In this document: one piece after another, positions 1 to 8,873 of the stretch
Layout: every line of letters starts with the position of its first letter
Numbering within the stretch: position 1 is the stretch's first letter
Source of the DNA: Candidatus Kuenenia stuttgartensis
Lineage (GTDB): Bacteria > Planctomycetota > Brocadiia > Brocadiales > Brocadiaceae
Direction of reading: 5' to 3'
DNA: 32,000 nt
Assembly: GCF_900232105.1 (NCBI RefSeq)
Contig: NZ_LT934425.1
Coordinates: 4,200,001-4,232,000 of the forward strand
Position numbers and translations under genes: made by a program
The notes under the pieces: model-generated
What the model was told of the DNA's origin: nothing
Seen by the model: only the letters and a program-made list of their open reading frames with translations
Databases searched by the model: none

Positions 1-85
1 CTGTATCAGCCAGGAGGATTTTGAAGAAAAAAACGACCGGCAAAAGAACCGCAAGTAATACAAAAAACTTGTTCTTCTTTTTCAT
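1..85 (-). CDS. 5' end of an unidentified exported or membrane protein gene; the body lies beyond the window start
   Basis: ATG at 85-83 on the minus strand, with GGAGG (complement of 94-98) 8 nt upstream. Reads MKKKNKFFVLLAVLLPVVFFFKILLADT, a basic N-terminus followed by a hydrophobic stretch, and stays open to position 1. Too short to appear in the ORF track. Confidence 0.35.
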   Translation of the reverse strand, partial: MKKKNKFFVLLAVLLPVVFFFKILLADT

Positions 86-820
86 TTTACCATCCTCCAT
101 TATTGATTATATGAAAACCCGTATCTCACAACGCACACTACTTTGAAACTACAAAATACTTTGATACGGAACATTGGCCAGCCACAAGGGTTGCGGCGCT
201 ACATTTCCATGCTTCCCCATGCGCCCTTAGGGAATGAGGTTTTTTGCAAATATTCATTAAAAAACCTATAGCATATAGCATATTAAAAATAATTCATTTG
301 TATATACCCTATTTTGGGTGTATACAAATGGATGCCTACTTTTGGGTTAATGGATACATGCGTTTGCGCTTCTGTCAAACTACCGAAATACGACAGGCCT
401 GAAGGATTGAAAGCATATAGCCAAGGGCTTGGGTCATACGCATCAACCTAACTTGGCAGTAGTTGTAAAGGTTAGCATTGCAAGAACATGTGATATTAAG
501 TGTGGGTAGGTGAAGCGTTATCGTGCTTATTTATTTGTGCGTTGTACGCTGAGAGGATATAAAAAACCGGCATTTAAAGCAAGGGAGAGGTTAAAAACAA
601 CAATTTTTCAAAGAGAGGGCAAAATTTTTTTTAAATAAACACATTTTTTTCGGGACATACCTAAATTTTTTTGATATAAGGAAAATATAACTTACACCTA
701 AATCCTGCAAACGATTTTCGCAATGCGAAAATCAGTATTTTCCACTACCAAGATTGGCAAAAAGCGATAACAGATATCCGTTTTTTAGCAATTGTGGTAG
801 CGCTATTGTACTACTTTAAA

Positions 821-2289
821 CATTACTTTGTTAAAGAAAGCGTCTGAAAAAATATTTTTAAGTCGTAAGTCGAGTCGGCCACAACTTATGACTTAGCAAT
901 GCTTTGCGATAAATATTTACTCTTGATTTTGCTCGTTACTTCCGGTATTAATTGCACTTGTAAATTTTTTACACAATCAATTACCGGAGCAAAGGATTTG
1001 AGTATTTTCAGAACAAACATACCGTTATTAAATAAATTTCTTGAACATTTTGCATCGTGTTTTACTAAAAAACAATTTGCAATGTTTCTACTTGTCGTCT
1101 ACGCAATGTTTAAAGACTATAAAAGAAATTCACTGGAGGCCATGGCGCAAGCCGTTCATACGGATTACCAGAAATTTCAATGCTTCTTTTCTGAATCCAA
1201 ATGGGATTTACCCGCATTAAAGCAGAAAAGAATGGACATTATCCAAAAACAAAGAACCACGGCATTGACAAAAGACAGCATCCTTACCATAGATGATACC
1301 GGATGTCCAAAGCCCTATGCTAAAAATACAGAGGCAGCCAAATGGCAATATTGCGGTCCGCTTAAAAGGCCGGAAACCTGCAATGTTGTTGTTGGCGCGG
1401 CATTTGTCTCAAAAACAAAACATTTTCCCCTGGATGTTATTCCCTACCTTCCTGCCGATGAGTTCGGGGAAGGGAAAAATGATCCCAAATTTAAAGACAA
1501 AATACAAATAGCAATGGATATGTTTGATGCTGCTTCTAACGTCTTTGATTTTTCAGCTATTGCCTTCGACACATGGTATGCCTCTCAACGGTTTCTCGAA
1601 CATATTCACGCAAAAAAGAAACACTTTTTTTCAGAAATAAAATCAAACAGAAATATCTCCATGTACCATCCGGAAAAACAAAAATATTGCATAATCAAAC
1701 CAGATGAGCTCGTGACCCTCATCAAAAAGCATTATGCCGACAAAACCAAGTATGTTACTTTAAAATCCGCGGATGGAAGTGAAGTTTCCTATAAAACCTA
1801 CACGTTTGACGCCAAACTGAATGGTTGCAATGTCCCGTTGAAGTTTGTGGTAATTTTGGGAAAATGGAACAAGGAAGATGATAAAAAATATCATGTCCTT
1901 ATCACCAATCAACTCGACGCCTCTGTAAAAACGGTTATCACAAACTATCTGTTGCGTTGGGGTATTGAACACTGTTTCAAGGAATTGAAGGATACTTTTT
2001 ATTTCGATCATTATCAGGTAAGGCACATTGACAAGATTGAGCGATATTGGAATATTTGTCTGATCTCATGGACATTCGTTTACTGGATAAAACAAAACGC
2101 TTATCTGGATAAAATCATGGAAACAAAACCTTCTACCTTTAATGAATTCAAAAAAGCAATCAATTCCCTGCTTGAATTCTCATCAACAAACGCTTTATCA
2201 AAGAACGAAAAACTCTCACAAGAATATTTTAAAATTAAATCCGCTCGATTTAAGAAAAAAATCGCCGCTTAATTTTTAACAAAGTAATG
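821..2289 (+). mobile_element. IS701-like insertion sequence (1469 bp) nested in the tail of IS1380 copy 1
   Basis: Perfect 15-bp terminal IRs CATTACTTTGTTAAA (821-835 and complement of 2275-2289). 7-bp target duplication CTTTAAA (814-820 and 2290-2296). The uninterrupted target TACTACTTTAAACAAAAAGACATG is present in IS1380 copy 2 (complement of 30095-30118). Confidence 0.88.
899..2272 (+). CDS. IS701-family (IS4 superfamily) DDE transposase, 457 aa
   Basis: Full-length ORF inside the IR-bounded element. Motifs LTIDDTGCPK, AKWQYCG...N, IAFDTWYAS and YLLRWGIEHCFKELKDTF...YQVR are typical of IS701-type DDE transposases. Confidence 0.85.
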   Translation: MLCDKYLLLILLVTSGINCTCKFFTQSITGAKDLSIFRTNIPLLNKFLEHFASCFTKKQFAMFLLVVYAMFKDYKRNSLEAMAQAVHTDYQKFQCFFSESKWDLPALKQKRMDIIQKQRTTALTKDSILTIDDTGCPKPYAKNTEAAKWQYCGPLKRPETCNVVVGAAFVSKTKHFPLDVIPYLPADEFGEGKNDPKFKDKIQIAMDMFDAASNVFDFSAIAFDTWYASQRFLEHIHAKKKHFFSEIKSNRNISMYHPEKQKYCIIKPDELVTLIKKHYADKTKYVTLKSADGSEVSYKTYTFDAKLNGCNVPLKFVVILGKWNKEDDKKYHVLITNQLDASVKTVITNYLLRWGIEHCFKELKDTFYFDHYQVRHIDKIERYWNICLISWTFVYWIKQNAYLDKIMETKPSTFNEFKKAINSLLEFSSTNALSKNEKLSQEYFKIKSARFKKKIAA

Positions 2290-2429
2290 CTTTAAACAAA
2301 AAGACATGAGAAATTGCCGGAAACGTGCTCCCTGATGCAATGAAAATCAAGGTAGGGATGTACTGTCTCCATCTGCGGTATACTTACCACTCTCAAAAGA
2401 CTAAAAAAACGAAATACAACGTCGGTTTT

Positions 2430-3668
2430 CTACTGAAAAACTACATCCAGTGACATGCGTTCCCACTTTTCCCATTCCTCCTGATGGAGAAATTTCTCCG
2501 GCAATTTTAATGTCATCTGCCGGCTTCTCTCCACCAGTTTCCCTGCCACACGGATTAACCACAGTCTCATCGTCTTTACTTCCCACTGTTGTATCACTCC
2601 ACCACTGAGCAATCCCATCCACTTCAAAAGATTATACGCTAACACCGCACACTGAAATAGCGCAGCATTGGCCAAAAATTCACCCGTACGTATGTGCCCC
2701 GCATTCATCTGTCCTTTACTCTCTTCTATCAAAGTCTCGCAGGTAGCCCTCTTTCCATAACAACGATGCGCTTCCATCGGACTTAACCGCTCCGTTGTAA
2801 CGTAACAAAAATACTCATACACGGACACTTCTACTAATTTCTTTTCTCTTTTGACCAATTGCCGCACTGCCACAAAACGTCTCGCACGATCCCACCCTGC
2901 ACATCGATACCAAAATTCAGCCTGTTCCCATCCTGGCTCCCCTTTCACCTCATTCCATTTCTGCCCTTCAAGCAATCCTTCCAGATTCTTCAGCTTTACC
3001 TTAATCAGATATCCCGCCAATATTGACTCAAGGTATTCAAGTAATTCTCCGGTAAAAAAACCGCTGTCTCCCCGAAATACCACCCTTACCCCCTTATTCA
3101 TGTACGCCATACATTCCTTCATGAACTCTACTACTCCGTTACTCGTGTAGGCGCTTCCACAGCGGAACCAACTATGTAATACCTCCTTTGTTTCTGCAAT
3201 AAATGCCATTAAGGGATGATACGCCTTCTGCCCCTTCTTGTGCGGATTATATCCTACCTCTGCACCCTCCTGTTTCCCATATACACCATCTACGGTAGAA
3301 TCAACATCTATCCATACTTCGCAAAGAGCACTCCTGAGTTTATGGCCTGATCTCACCGCACGCTTCCATATCTTTCCCCTAAACCGGTGGATCACCCCCG
3401 TCAGTTCCACTATATCTCCCTGACTCGCCAGCTTCATAATACGTCCTATCGTAGTATCTACAGGTACCTCTTTCCACCCGGACATCTTCTTCAATACCTC
3501 ATCTGTACACACCTTCATCACCTCTACCATCGATGTCGCCCCTGCTATCAACCCTATCACTACCATTTGTACCGCATCGACAAACTGATACCGGGCATTT
3601 GCTCCACGATCCTTATGGACCGCTTCATGGACTCTCTCCCGGAACATCAGCTTACCCATAAAATTCAA
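2430..3668 (-). CDS. IS1380-family transposase, 5'-truncated copy (412-aa ORF from an internal Met)
   Basis: Recalled similarity to ISEcp1-type transposase: IDVDSTVDGVYGKQEGAEVGYNPHKKGQKAYHPL, FRCGSAYTSNGVVEFMKE, VVFRGDSGFF...YLIKVK. Compared with copy 2 it lacks the N-terminal MKNIAKKYSKRQPKIKAEMSGKG segment, and a TAG lies just upstream of the homology break. Confidence 0.8.
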   Translation of the reverse strand: MNFMGKLMFRERVHEAVHKDRGANARYQFVDAVQMVVIGLIAGATSMVEVMKVCTDEVLKKMSGWKEVPVDTTIGRIMKLASQGDIVELTGVIHRFRGKIWKRAVRSGHKLRSALCEVWIDVDSTVDGVYGKQEGAEVGYNPHKKGQKAYHPLMAFIAETKEVLHSWFRCGSAYTSNGVVEFMKECMAYMNKGVRVVFRGDSGFFTGELLEYLESILAGYLIKVKLKNLEGLLEGQKWNEVKGEPGWEQAEFWYRCAGWDRARRFVAVRQLVKREKKLVEVSVYEYFCYVTTERLSPMEAHRCYGKRATCETLIEESKGQMNAGHIRTGEFLANAALFQCAVLAYNLLKWMGLLSGGVIQQWEVKTMRLWLIRVAGKLVERSRQMTLKLPEKFLHQEEWEKWERMSLDVVFQ

Positions 3669-4034
3669 TACCGGTAAAAGCCCTGCATGTACCGTTAAGT
3701 GCTACGTCTTAGAATAAATGCTCCAAAAATGCCCAATTAGTCTCAGAATATTTGAGTCTAATACCCAGCAAATGATTTGAAAAATCTTACCCAGCTACCC
3801 CGCCTTTTTTTTATCCTGCGTAAGTATTTCACTTGATTTTTTGTTCACGTTAAGAAAAATACATCGTTTACCCCGTTAGAAAGAAGTTCCGTCCGTAAGG
3901 CGGAGTAAAGCCTCATTAAATAGTTTGGAAGAGGTTAAAACCACTTCCAAACTTCCTAACGGCGGTTTACTTCCCAGTTCCCCGTTTTCACGAGGACAAG
4001 TTTTGTAAGATTTTTCCGGAACATAAAAAACTCA

Positions 4035-4086
4035 GGGCAGGAGGACCGAACGTTGGGAAACTTCATCCTCCTGCCCATTTCCCCCC
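4035..4086. promoter_or_regulatory. Perfect 11-bp inverted repeat just upstream of the first gene of the Mu-type module; possible operator or end-binding site
   Basis: GGGCAGGAGGA (4035-4045) and TCCTCCTGCCC (4076-4086) separated by 30 nt. It ends 6 nt before the AAGGAGG SD (4093-4099) of the GTG-initiated ORF at 4106. Confidence 0.4.
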
Positions 4087-4105
4087 TATACAAAGGAGGC
4101 AGTGC

Positions 4106-4744
4106 GTGAATATTATAGAAAAAATCCACAAGCATGAAAAGCTTATTGCGACAAAACAGAAGCCATGCTTTTGTCCAAAGTGCAAGAGTACCCATGTCAA
4201 TTTCACCCTTCATGAATGCAGATATCGGTTGTTTCACGTTATTATCGACTCCCTTGTTCATACGATAGAATCTTTCCTGGGACGTTGGAAATGTTCCTTG
4301 TGCAAGAAGACGTTTACTTCCTATCCTGAGTATGCGCTCCCTTACAAGCGGTACGTAAAGGATCACTGTCTCTCCTTCAGTCAGGCTTATGTCAAAGATG
4401 ATACAGAAACCTACCGGAGTGTCTCCTCTGCCATCGGATATACTACCCGAACACAGGAAATAGACAACCGCATGCTTGCCTGGTCAACCGTTTGGAGGTG
4501 GCTGCGTTTCTTTGGCTCACTGAAATACACACTCCGCAACGCCTTTGACCTCATCAGGCAGGCCGACCCCAACTCTCCGGTTTTTCGCCAAATGTTTCCC
4601 ATTTACCACGGAAAGTATAAAAGCAAACAACGAAAAACCTCCCTCGATCAATCGATTCAATTGTTCAGCGCCGAGCCGGAATATCACCGAATTTTTGGGC
4701 ATTCATTTTTCCCCGAACTGGCAACAAAAAGCGGCTGGTCTTGA
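4106..4744 (+). CDS. Zinc-ribbon protein, DUF6431-like (transposon accessory, function unknown), 212 aa
   Basis: GTG start with a strong SD. Two CxxC pairs (CFCPKCKS...H and CSLCKK) followed by YALPYKRY, which matches my recollection of the DUF6431 pattern (CPxC...RxxCxxC...PYKRY) found next to transposases. The assignment is from memory, not a search. Confidence 0.5.
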   Translation: MNIIEKIHKHEKLIATKQKPCFCPKCKSTHVNFTLHECRYRLFHVIIDSLVHTIESFLGRWKCSLCKKTFTSYPEYALPYKRYVKDHCLSFSQAYVKDDTETYRSVSSAIGYTTRTQEIDNRMLAWSTVWRWLRFFGSLKYTLRNAFDLIRQADPNSPVFRQMFPIYHGKYKSKQRKTSLDQSIQLFSAEPEYHRIFGHSFFPELATKSGWS

Positions 4745-4751
4745 GTTACAA

Positions 4752-4779
4752 TCACCTCCACACTTAAAAAAGGAGGTGA
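4752..4779 (+). promoter_or_regulatory. Hairpin that sequesters the SD of the transposase gene (anti-SD/SD pairing)
   Basis: TCACCTCC (4752-4759) pairs perfectly with GGAGGTGA (4772-4779) across a 12-nt loop. The 3' arm is the SD for the ATG at 4783. Confidence 0.45.
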
Positions 4780-4782
4780 ATT

Positions 4783-6343
4783 ATGAAATCGAAAGACGAA
4801 AAATGGGCTTTATTCTGGTGCAATCTTCTGCATCCTGTCATCTTCGGTGAGATTGAGAAGGAGCAGACCAACCTTTTTCTGAAAAAACTCTGCCTTCAGG
4901 AGGTCGTATTCCCCAACGGAAAGCGGAAAAGACCCACTATCTCTACCCTCAGGAGAAAACTCAACCGCTACCGCAAAGATGGATTTCAATCTCTTGCAAG
5001 AAAGGCGAGGAGCGACCGTGGCGCATCCAGAAGGTTTTCTCCTGAAATTATCGACAAAGCCGTTGAACTCAAAAAAGAACAACCACGCCGCAGCGACGAT
5101 TGCCTCAACCGCTTTCTTGAGAAATACTATGGGAAAACGATCCCCAAATCCACCCTCTACCGCCATCTCAGACTCGCAGGGGCGACCCGGCTCAAACTCG
5201 GCGTCTCACAGCAAAAGGTGCGTATACGCTCTTAGCCGTGAGCATACCCACGACCTCTGGATTGGCGACTTCCAGGAAGGCCCTTTCGTGCTCGTTGACG
5301 GCGAGGCGCTTCCCACAAACCTCTGTCTCTTTATCGACTGCTACAGCCGTTATGTGGTCGAAGGACGGTATTATCTCAAACAAACCCTCGATATCCTTAT
5401 CGATTCTCTCATCAGGGCCTGGACTATCCACGGCTCGCCCAAAGAACTCTACCTCGACAATGCCAAGGTCTACCACTCTGACGCCCTGCGCTCTGCCTGT
5501 TACAACCTCGGCATTAAACTCATCCACAGACCACCACGCGACCCTGCTCCCGGCGGACTGGTCGAACGTTTCTTCGGCACCAGCCAGACACAGTTCGAGT
5601 CGGAAGTCCGCTCCGGCGACATTATCACCCTTGATGCCATTAACCAGGCCTTCTCCGCTTACCTTGCCGTTGTCTATCACGCAAGAATCCACTCCGAAAC
5701 CAATCAATCTCCAAAACAACGCTACGACGAGGGGCTTACCGTCATCCGGCACGTCGATATGGACGCCGCTCTTGCCTTCTTCATGAAACGCATCCCCAGA
5801 ACCGTTGACAGAACCTTTGCCGATGTCCGCATTGATAACCGCTTTTACCGTGTTGACCCCAAACTCAGAGGCGATAAAGTAGAAGTCCGTTACGACCCAT
5901 ACGGCGATCTCAAAAAGGTCTTGATCTATTCCGCAAACGGTGAATACCTCGGCTCGGGAAATCTCTACCTGCGCGACCAGGGCGCTGAAACTCCAGCCGC
6001 CTCACCTTCAAAACCAAAACATAATTACCTCGACCCTATCACTCAGAAACACAAATCCATTCTCCAGGCTCAGGCCAAAGGCATTGATTACCACCAAATC
6101 ATCTCCGAACGACCCTGGCCATTCATGGCATTCGTCCAGAAACTCGCACTCCTCATGGGACACAAAGGCTCTCTCTCCGCCTTCAGCTCTCATGAACTCG
6201 AATCGCTTAAAAAATGCTACAACCGTATCCCCGCTCTCAACGAATCATTGCTCACGGAGGCATTCCAAAATGCCTCCGTGAAAACCTTACCCTATATCAT
6301 TCGTGAATTACAAATCGCTTACTCGAAAAAGGAGGTCTCTTAA
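4783..6343 (+). pseudogene. Mu/TnsB-type DDE (rve) transposase with an HTH N-terminus and a Mu-transposase C-terminal domain; reading frame broken near 5220-5240
   Basis: The N-terminal HTH part is in frame 1 (4783-5235). The catalytic part is in frame 2 from about 5230. Catalytic motifs: HTHDLWIGDFQ, LYLDNAKVYHS, GGLVERFFG. C-terminal motifs: IDNRFYRV...KVEVRYDPYGDLKKVLIY. The change of frame is +1 with no slippery motif. Confidence 0.75.
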
Positions 6344-6345
6344 CC

Positions 6346-7137
6346 ATGTTTACTTCTCATTTTTCCATGACTACTCAGCCGTTCTCTGAAAGAATCAACA
6401 CCAGCCTTATCATGAAAGACGAACGCTTTACCCAGGGGCTTGCACGACTCCAATACCTCTTACACTCAGGCTCTATCGCCGTCCTCTACGGACAGACGGG
6501 AGTCGGAAAATCCACACTCCTCAAACTCTTCCTCTCACAAATCCCCCAAAACCTGTTTCTCCCCATCTACCTCCATTTTACCCACCTAAAATCATCCAGC
6601 CTTCTCTCCTTAATCGTCTCCCAGCTCGGTGAAATACCAAAACACACCAAAGACCGGCTCTTCCTCCAAATTATGGATAAATCCTTGCGCTCAAATCTCA
6701 CTCCCATTATCGTTATCGACGAGGCTCATCTCCTGAAAACCGACGCCATCACAGACCTCAGACTCCTTGTCAGCTCTCCGCTTGATTCTTCCACTCATCT
6801 CAAAATCATCCTCTCGGGACAGGAACACCTCAAATATATCCTCAAAAGAGACATCCATGCCGACTTCGCACAACGCATCTCGGTACATTACCACATTCAT
6901 CCCCTTACTAAAACTCAAACCGCTGCATACATAGACTTCCATCTGAAATCTTCCGGCGCATCCGATAAAATCTTTGACTCAGACGTCAAAGACCTGATCC
7001 ATGAGTTCTCCGCCGGCATCCCAAGGCAAATCAACGCCATTTCCACCGCCTGCCTGATTAACGCTTCCATCAGACAATCACAGAAAATTACCCAGGATAT
7101 CTTCCATCAGGCTCTTGCTGAAATTCAATCTTTTTAA
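6346..7137 (+). CDS. AAA+ ATPase, ExeA/TniB-like transposition helper, 263 aa
   Basis: Walker A GQTGVGKST and Walker B IIVIDEAHLL. The start is 2 nt after the transposase stop. Size and position match the ATPase partner of Mu/Tn552/Tn5053-type transposases. Confidence 0.8.
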   Translation: MFTSHFSMTTQPFSERINTSLIMKDERFTQGLARLQYLLHSGSIAVLYGQTGVGKSTLLKLFLSQIPQNLFLPIYLHFTHLKSSSLLSLIVSQLGEIPKHTKDRLFLQIMDKSLRSNLTPIIVIDEAHLLKTDAITDLRLLVSSPLDSSTHLKIILSGQEHLKYILKRDIHADFAQRISVHYHIHPLTKTQTAAYIDFHLKSSGASDKIFDSDVKDLIHEFSAGIPRQINAISTACLINASIRQSQKITQDIFHQALAEIQSF

Positions 7138-7148
7138 GGAGGTCTACC

Positions 7149-7451
7149 ATGGCCCGTCTCTTTTCCCCTCAACTCTTGCGCTCATTACGAAACGATATCC
7201 CCATCGATCGACTCATCGCTGATGTCCTCTCCATACCTCATAAATACTCCGAAGGCTATTTCCGCTTCCTCTGCCCTCTCTGTTCTGAATTTAATTCCGC
7301 CACCAACCCAAATACGAACCTCGCCAGGTGTTTCCGTTGTAAAAAAAACTTTAATACCATCGACATCGTCATGGTAGATTCCAACTCCTCTTTCCCAGAT
7401 GCTGTCTATCTGCTAAAATCCGTTTTACCTCAATATATTAATTCCACTTAA
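7149..7451 (+). CDS. Small CHC2-like (primase-type) zinc-finger protein, 100 aa
   Basis: FRFLCPLCSEFNSATNPNTNLARCFRCKKNFNTIDIVM....FPDAVYLL resembles the DnaG/TraC CHC2 zinc-finger layout (Cx2C...Cx2C, then D.I..VM...F.DAV..L). It has a strong SD and is translationally coupled to the ATPase gene. Confidence 0.55.
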   Translation: MARLFSPQLLRSLRNDIPIDRLIADVLSIPHKYSEGYFRFLCPLCSEFNSATNPNTNLARCFRCKKNFNTIDIVMVDSNSSFPDAVYLLKSVLPQYINST

Positions 7452-7491
7452 TCTGAGAATTCCAGGTTCATTTATTGTGGGGCTTAGCACC

Positions 7492-8873
7492 ATAAGCGCT
7501 AACTTGTTTTATTGACAAATTTTATTCATCATGGTATTTTTATGTTAATTATCCCGCTAATCACTCTATAGGAGGATAAAGCCATGATGAGAGAAGATTG
7601 GGATCTTCTAAGAACTTTCTTCCCAAACGATTGGAAAAGTTTAGCCGTTGATACAAATGCTTTAAAAGGCTTGCGCAAGGATAAATCTGAAGAAAAGCTT
7701 CTTCGAACATTATTAATTCATTTAGGATGTGGCTATTCATTGCGTGAAACAGTAGTTCGAGCCAAGCGTGCTAACTTAGCAGATTTATCCGATGTTGCCT
7801 TATTAAAGCGATTAAAAAAGAGCAAAGAATGGCTATATAAATTATGTTTATCTTTATTCCGTGAGCGTGGCCTCCAAATTAATAAACGGAATAATTTTCA
7901 TCTTCGCTTATTTGATGCAACAACAGTAAAGGAACCTGGGAAAACAGGAAGTCTTTGGCGCATTCATTATAGTATTGAGGTTCCTTCATTATCTTGCGAT
8001 TTCTTTAAACTTACGGGAACTGAAGGAGAAGGCACAGGAGAATCTTTTCGGCAGTTTCCGATGAAAAAAGATGATTATATTATAGCTGACAGAGGTTACT
8101 GTACTGGCCAAGGAATTCATCATGCAACAAGGAAAGGCGCTTATCTTAGCGTTAGAGTTAATTCGCAATCTCTACGGATATTCGGCGAAGAAAAGAAACC
8201 CTTTCCTTTATTGAAAGAAATCCAATATTTAAAAAGACCCCTTGCTATAAAATCATGGAACGTTTTTATTCCAAACGTTGATAATACTGAATATGTCAAA
8301 GGTCGTCTTTGTATAATACACAAAACAGAAGAAGCCATTAAAATAGCTCATAAAAAACTTAAAAGACATGCAAGCAAAAAGGGCATTGAACTAAAACCGG
8401 AGACCCTTATTTATGCCAAGTACGTAATAGTATTCACAACGTTTCCTGAAAATCAATTTACCGCTTTTGATATCTTAGAATGGTATCGAGTTCGATGGCA
8501 AATTGAACTGGTCTTTAAAAGATTTAAACAAATAGCACAATTTGGACACTTACCTAAATACGATGATGATAGCTCAAAAGCTTGGCTTTATGGCAAACTA
8601 TTCGTTGCTCTTTTGACAGAAAAACTAATAGATTTTGCTACGTCTTTTTCCCCCTGGGGATACTTCATTGTCAAGCAAGAAGACTAAAAGCAAATGGCGT
8701 GAATTTGCTTTTATGCTTAATCAAGTAAAACGGGCTATAGAACCAGCGTTATCATTACAGGAAGTTCTTAAGTGCTGGAATGACATTGCTTGTTCTTTAG
8801 CAGAAAATACAAGAATCCGAAAAACACAGATATCAAAATACTTCGAGCATACCTAAAACAAGTTAGCGCTTAT
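7492..8873 (+). mobile_element. IS4-family insertion sequence, full copy (1382 bp)
   Basis: 20-bp perfect terminal IRs ATAAGCGCTAACTTGTTTTA (7492-7511 and complement of 8854-8873). 13-bp direct target duplication GGGGCTTAGCACC (7479-7491 and 8874-8886). The same terminus ends the truncated copy at 30893. Confidence 0.88.
7584..8687 (+). CDS. IS4-family DDE transposase; the C-terminal ~70 aa continue in another frame (8635-8856)
   Basis: LFDATTVKEPG, IIADRGY and the Y-R-E-K region WYRVRWQIELVFKRFKQ. The overlapping ORF 8635-8856 (SKWREFAFMLNQVKRAI...) runs to within 17 nt of the IR, which suggests a +1 frame break near 8655-8690. Confidence 0.8.
   Translation: MMREDWDLLRTFFPNDWKSLAVDTNALKGLRKDKSEEKLLRTLLIHLGCGYSLRETVVRAKRANLADLSDVALLKRLKKSKEWLYKLCLSLFRERGLQINKRNNFHLRLFDATTVKEPGKTGSLWRIHYSIEVPSLSCDFFKLTGTEGEGTGESFRQFPMKKDDYIIADRGYCTGQGIHHATRKGAYLSVRVNSQSLRIFGEEKKPFPLLKEIQYLKRPLAIKSWNVFIPNVDNTEYVKGRLCIIHKTEEAIKIAHKKLKRHASKKGIELKPETLIYAKYVIVFTTFPENQFTAFDILEWYRVRWQIELVFKRFKQIAQFGHLPKYDDDSSKAWLYGKLFVALLTEKLIDFATSFSPWGYFIVKQED

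Larger units (their letters stand above)
698..3699 (-). mobile_element. IS1380-family element, copy 1: tail end intact, head end truncated, tail interrupted by a nested IS701-like element
   Basis: Homology to copy 2 (27385-30118, opposite strand) runs from 3699 down to 2297 and resumes at 820-809 beyond the nested IS. The 16-mer CCTAAATCCTGCAAAC at 698-713 is the same sequence found at 27385-27400 at the head of copy 2, in the geometry expected for IRR versus IRL. As I recall, ISEcp1-type IRs also begin CCTA. Homology stops abruptly at 3699, so about 190 bp of head (IRL, leader, first ~30 codons) is missing. Confidence 0.7.
4106..7451 (+). mobile_element. Four-gene Mu/TnsB-type transposition module (zinc-ribbon protein, DDE transposase, AAA+ ATPase, CHC2-like zinc-finger protein); element ends not determined
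   Basis: Four co-directional, tightly spaced genes (gaps of 38, 2 and 11 nt), each preceded by AAGGAGG(T). The gene content matches the transposase plus ATPase core of Mu/Tn552/Tn5053/Tn7-like elements. I could not identify terminal repeats; the right flank is disrupted by an IS4-family insertion at 7492. Confidence 0.65.

Noticed and set aside
1293-3677. Short ORFs overlapping or antisense to the IS701-like and IS1380 transposase genes (1293-1511, 1760-2026, 2401-2622, 2851-3150, 3238-3423, 3387-3677), and their mirror images at 27596-28036, 28095-28424, 28653-28901 and 28667-28867
   Set aside because: They lie entirely within better-supported transposase frames, have low-complexity or skewed composition, lack an SD, and recur only because the IS is duplicated.
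3956-4366. 136-aa minus-strand ORF overlapping the start of the zinc-ribbon gene
   Set aside because: It is antisense to a gene with a strong SD and conserved motifs, and it has no recognisable motifs or ribosome binding site of its own.
5192-6281. ORFs 5192-5752 (minus), 5238-5786, 5940-6281 and 6008-6193 within the Mu-type transposase gene
   Set aside because: These are alternative-frame shadows of a GC-richer coding region. The DDE frame explains the sequence.
4106-7451. Possibility that the transposase/ATPase module is a CRISPR-associated (CAST-like) or Tn7-like element with a dedicated target selector
   Set aside because: No cas genes, CRISPR array, or TnsA/TnsC/TnsD/TniQ-like ORFs are present in or next to the module. 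Only the generic transposase plus AAA+ ATPase architecture is shared.
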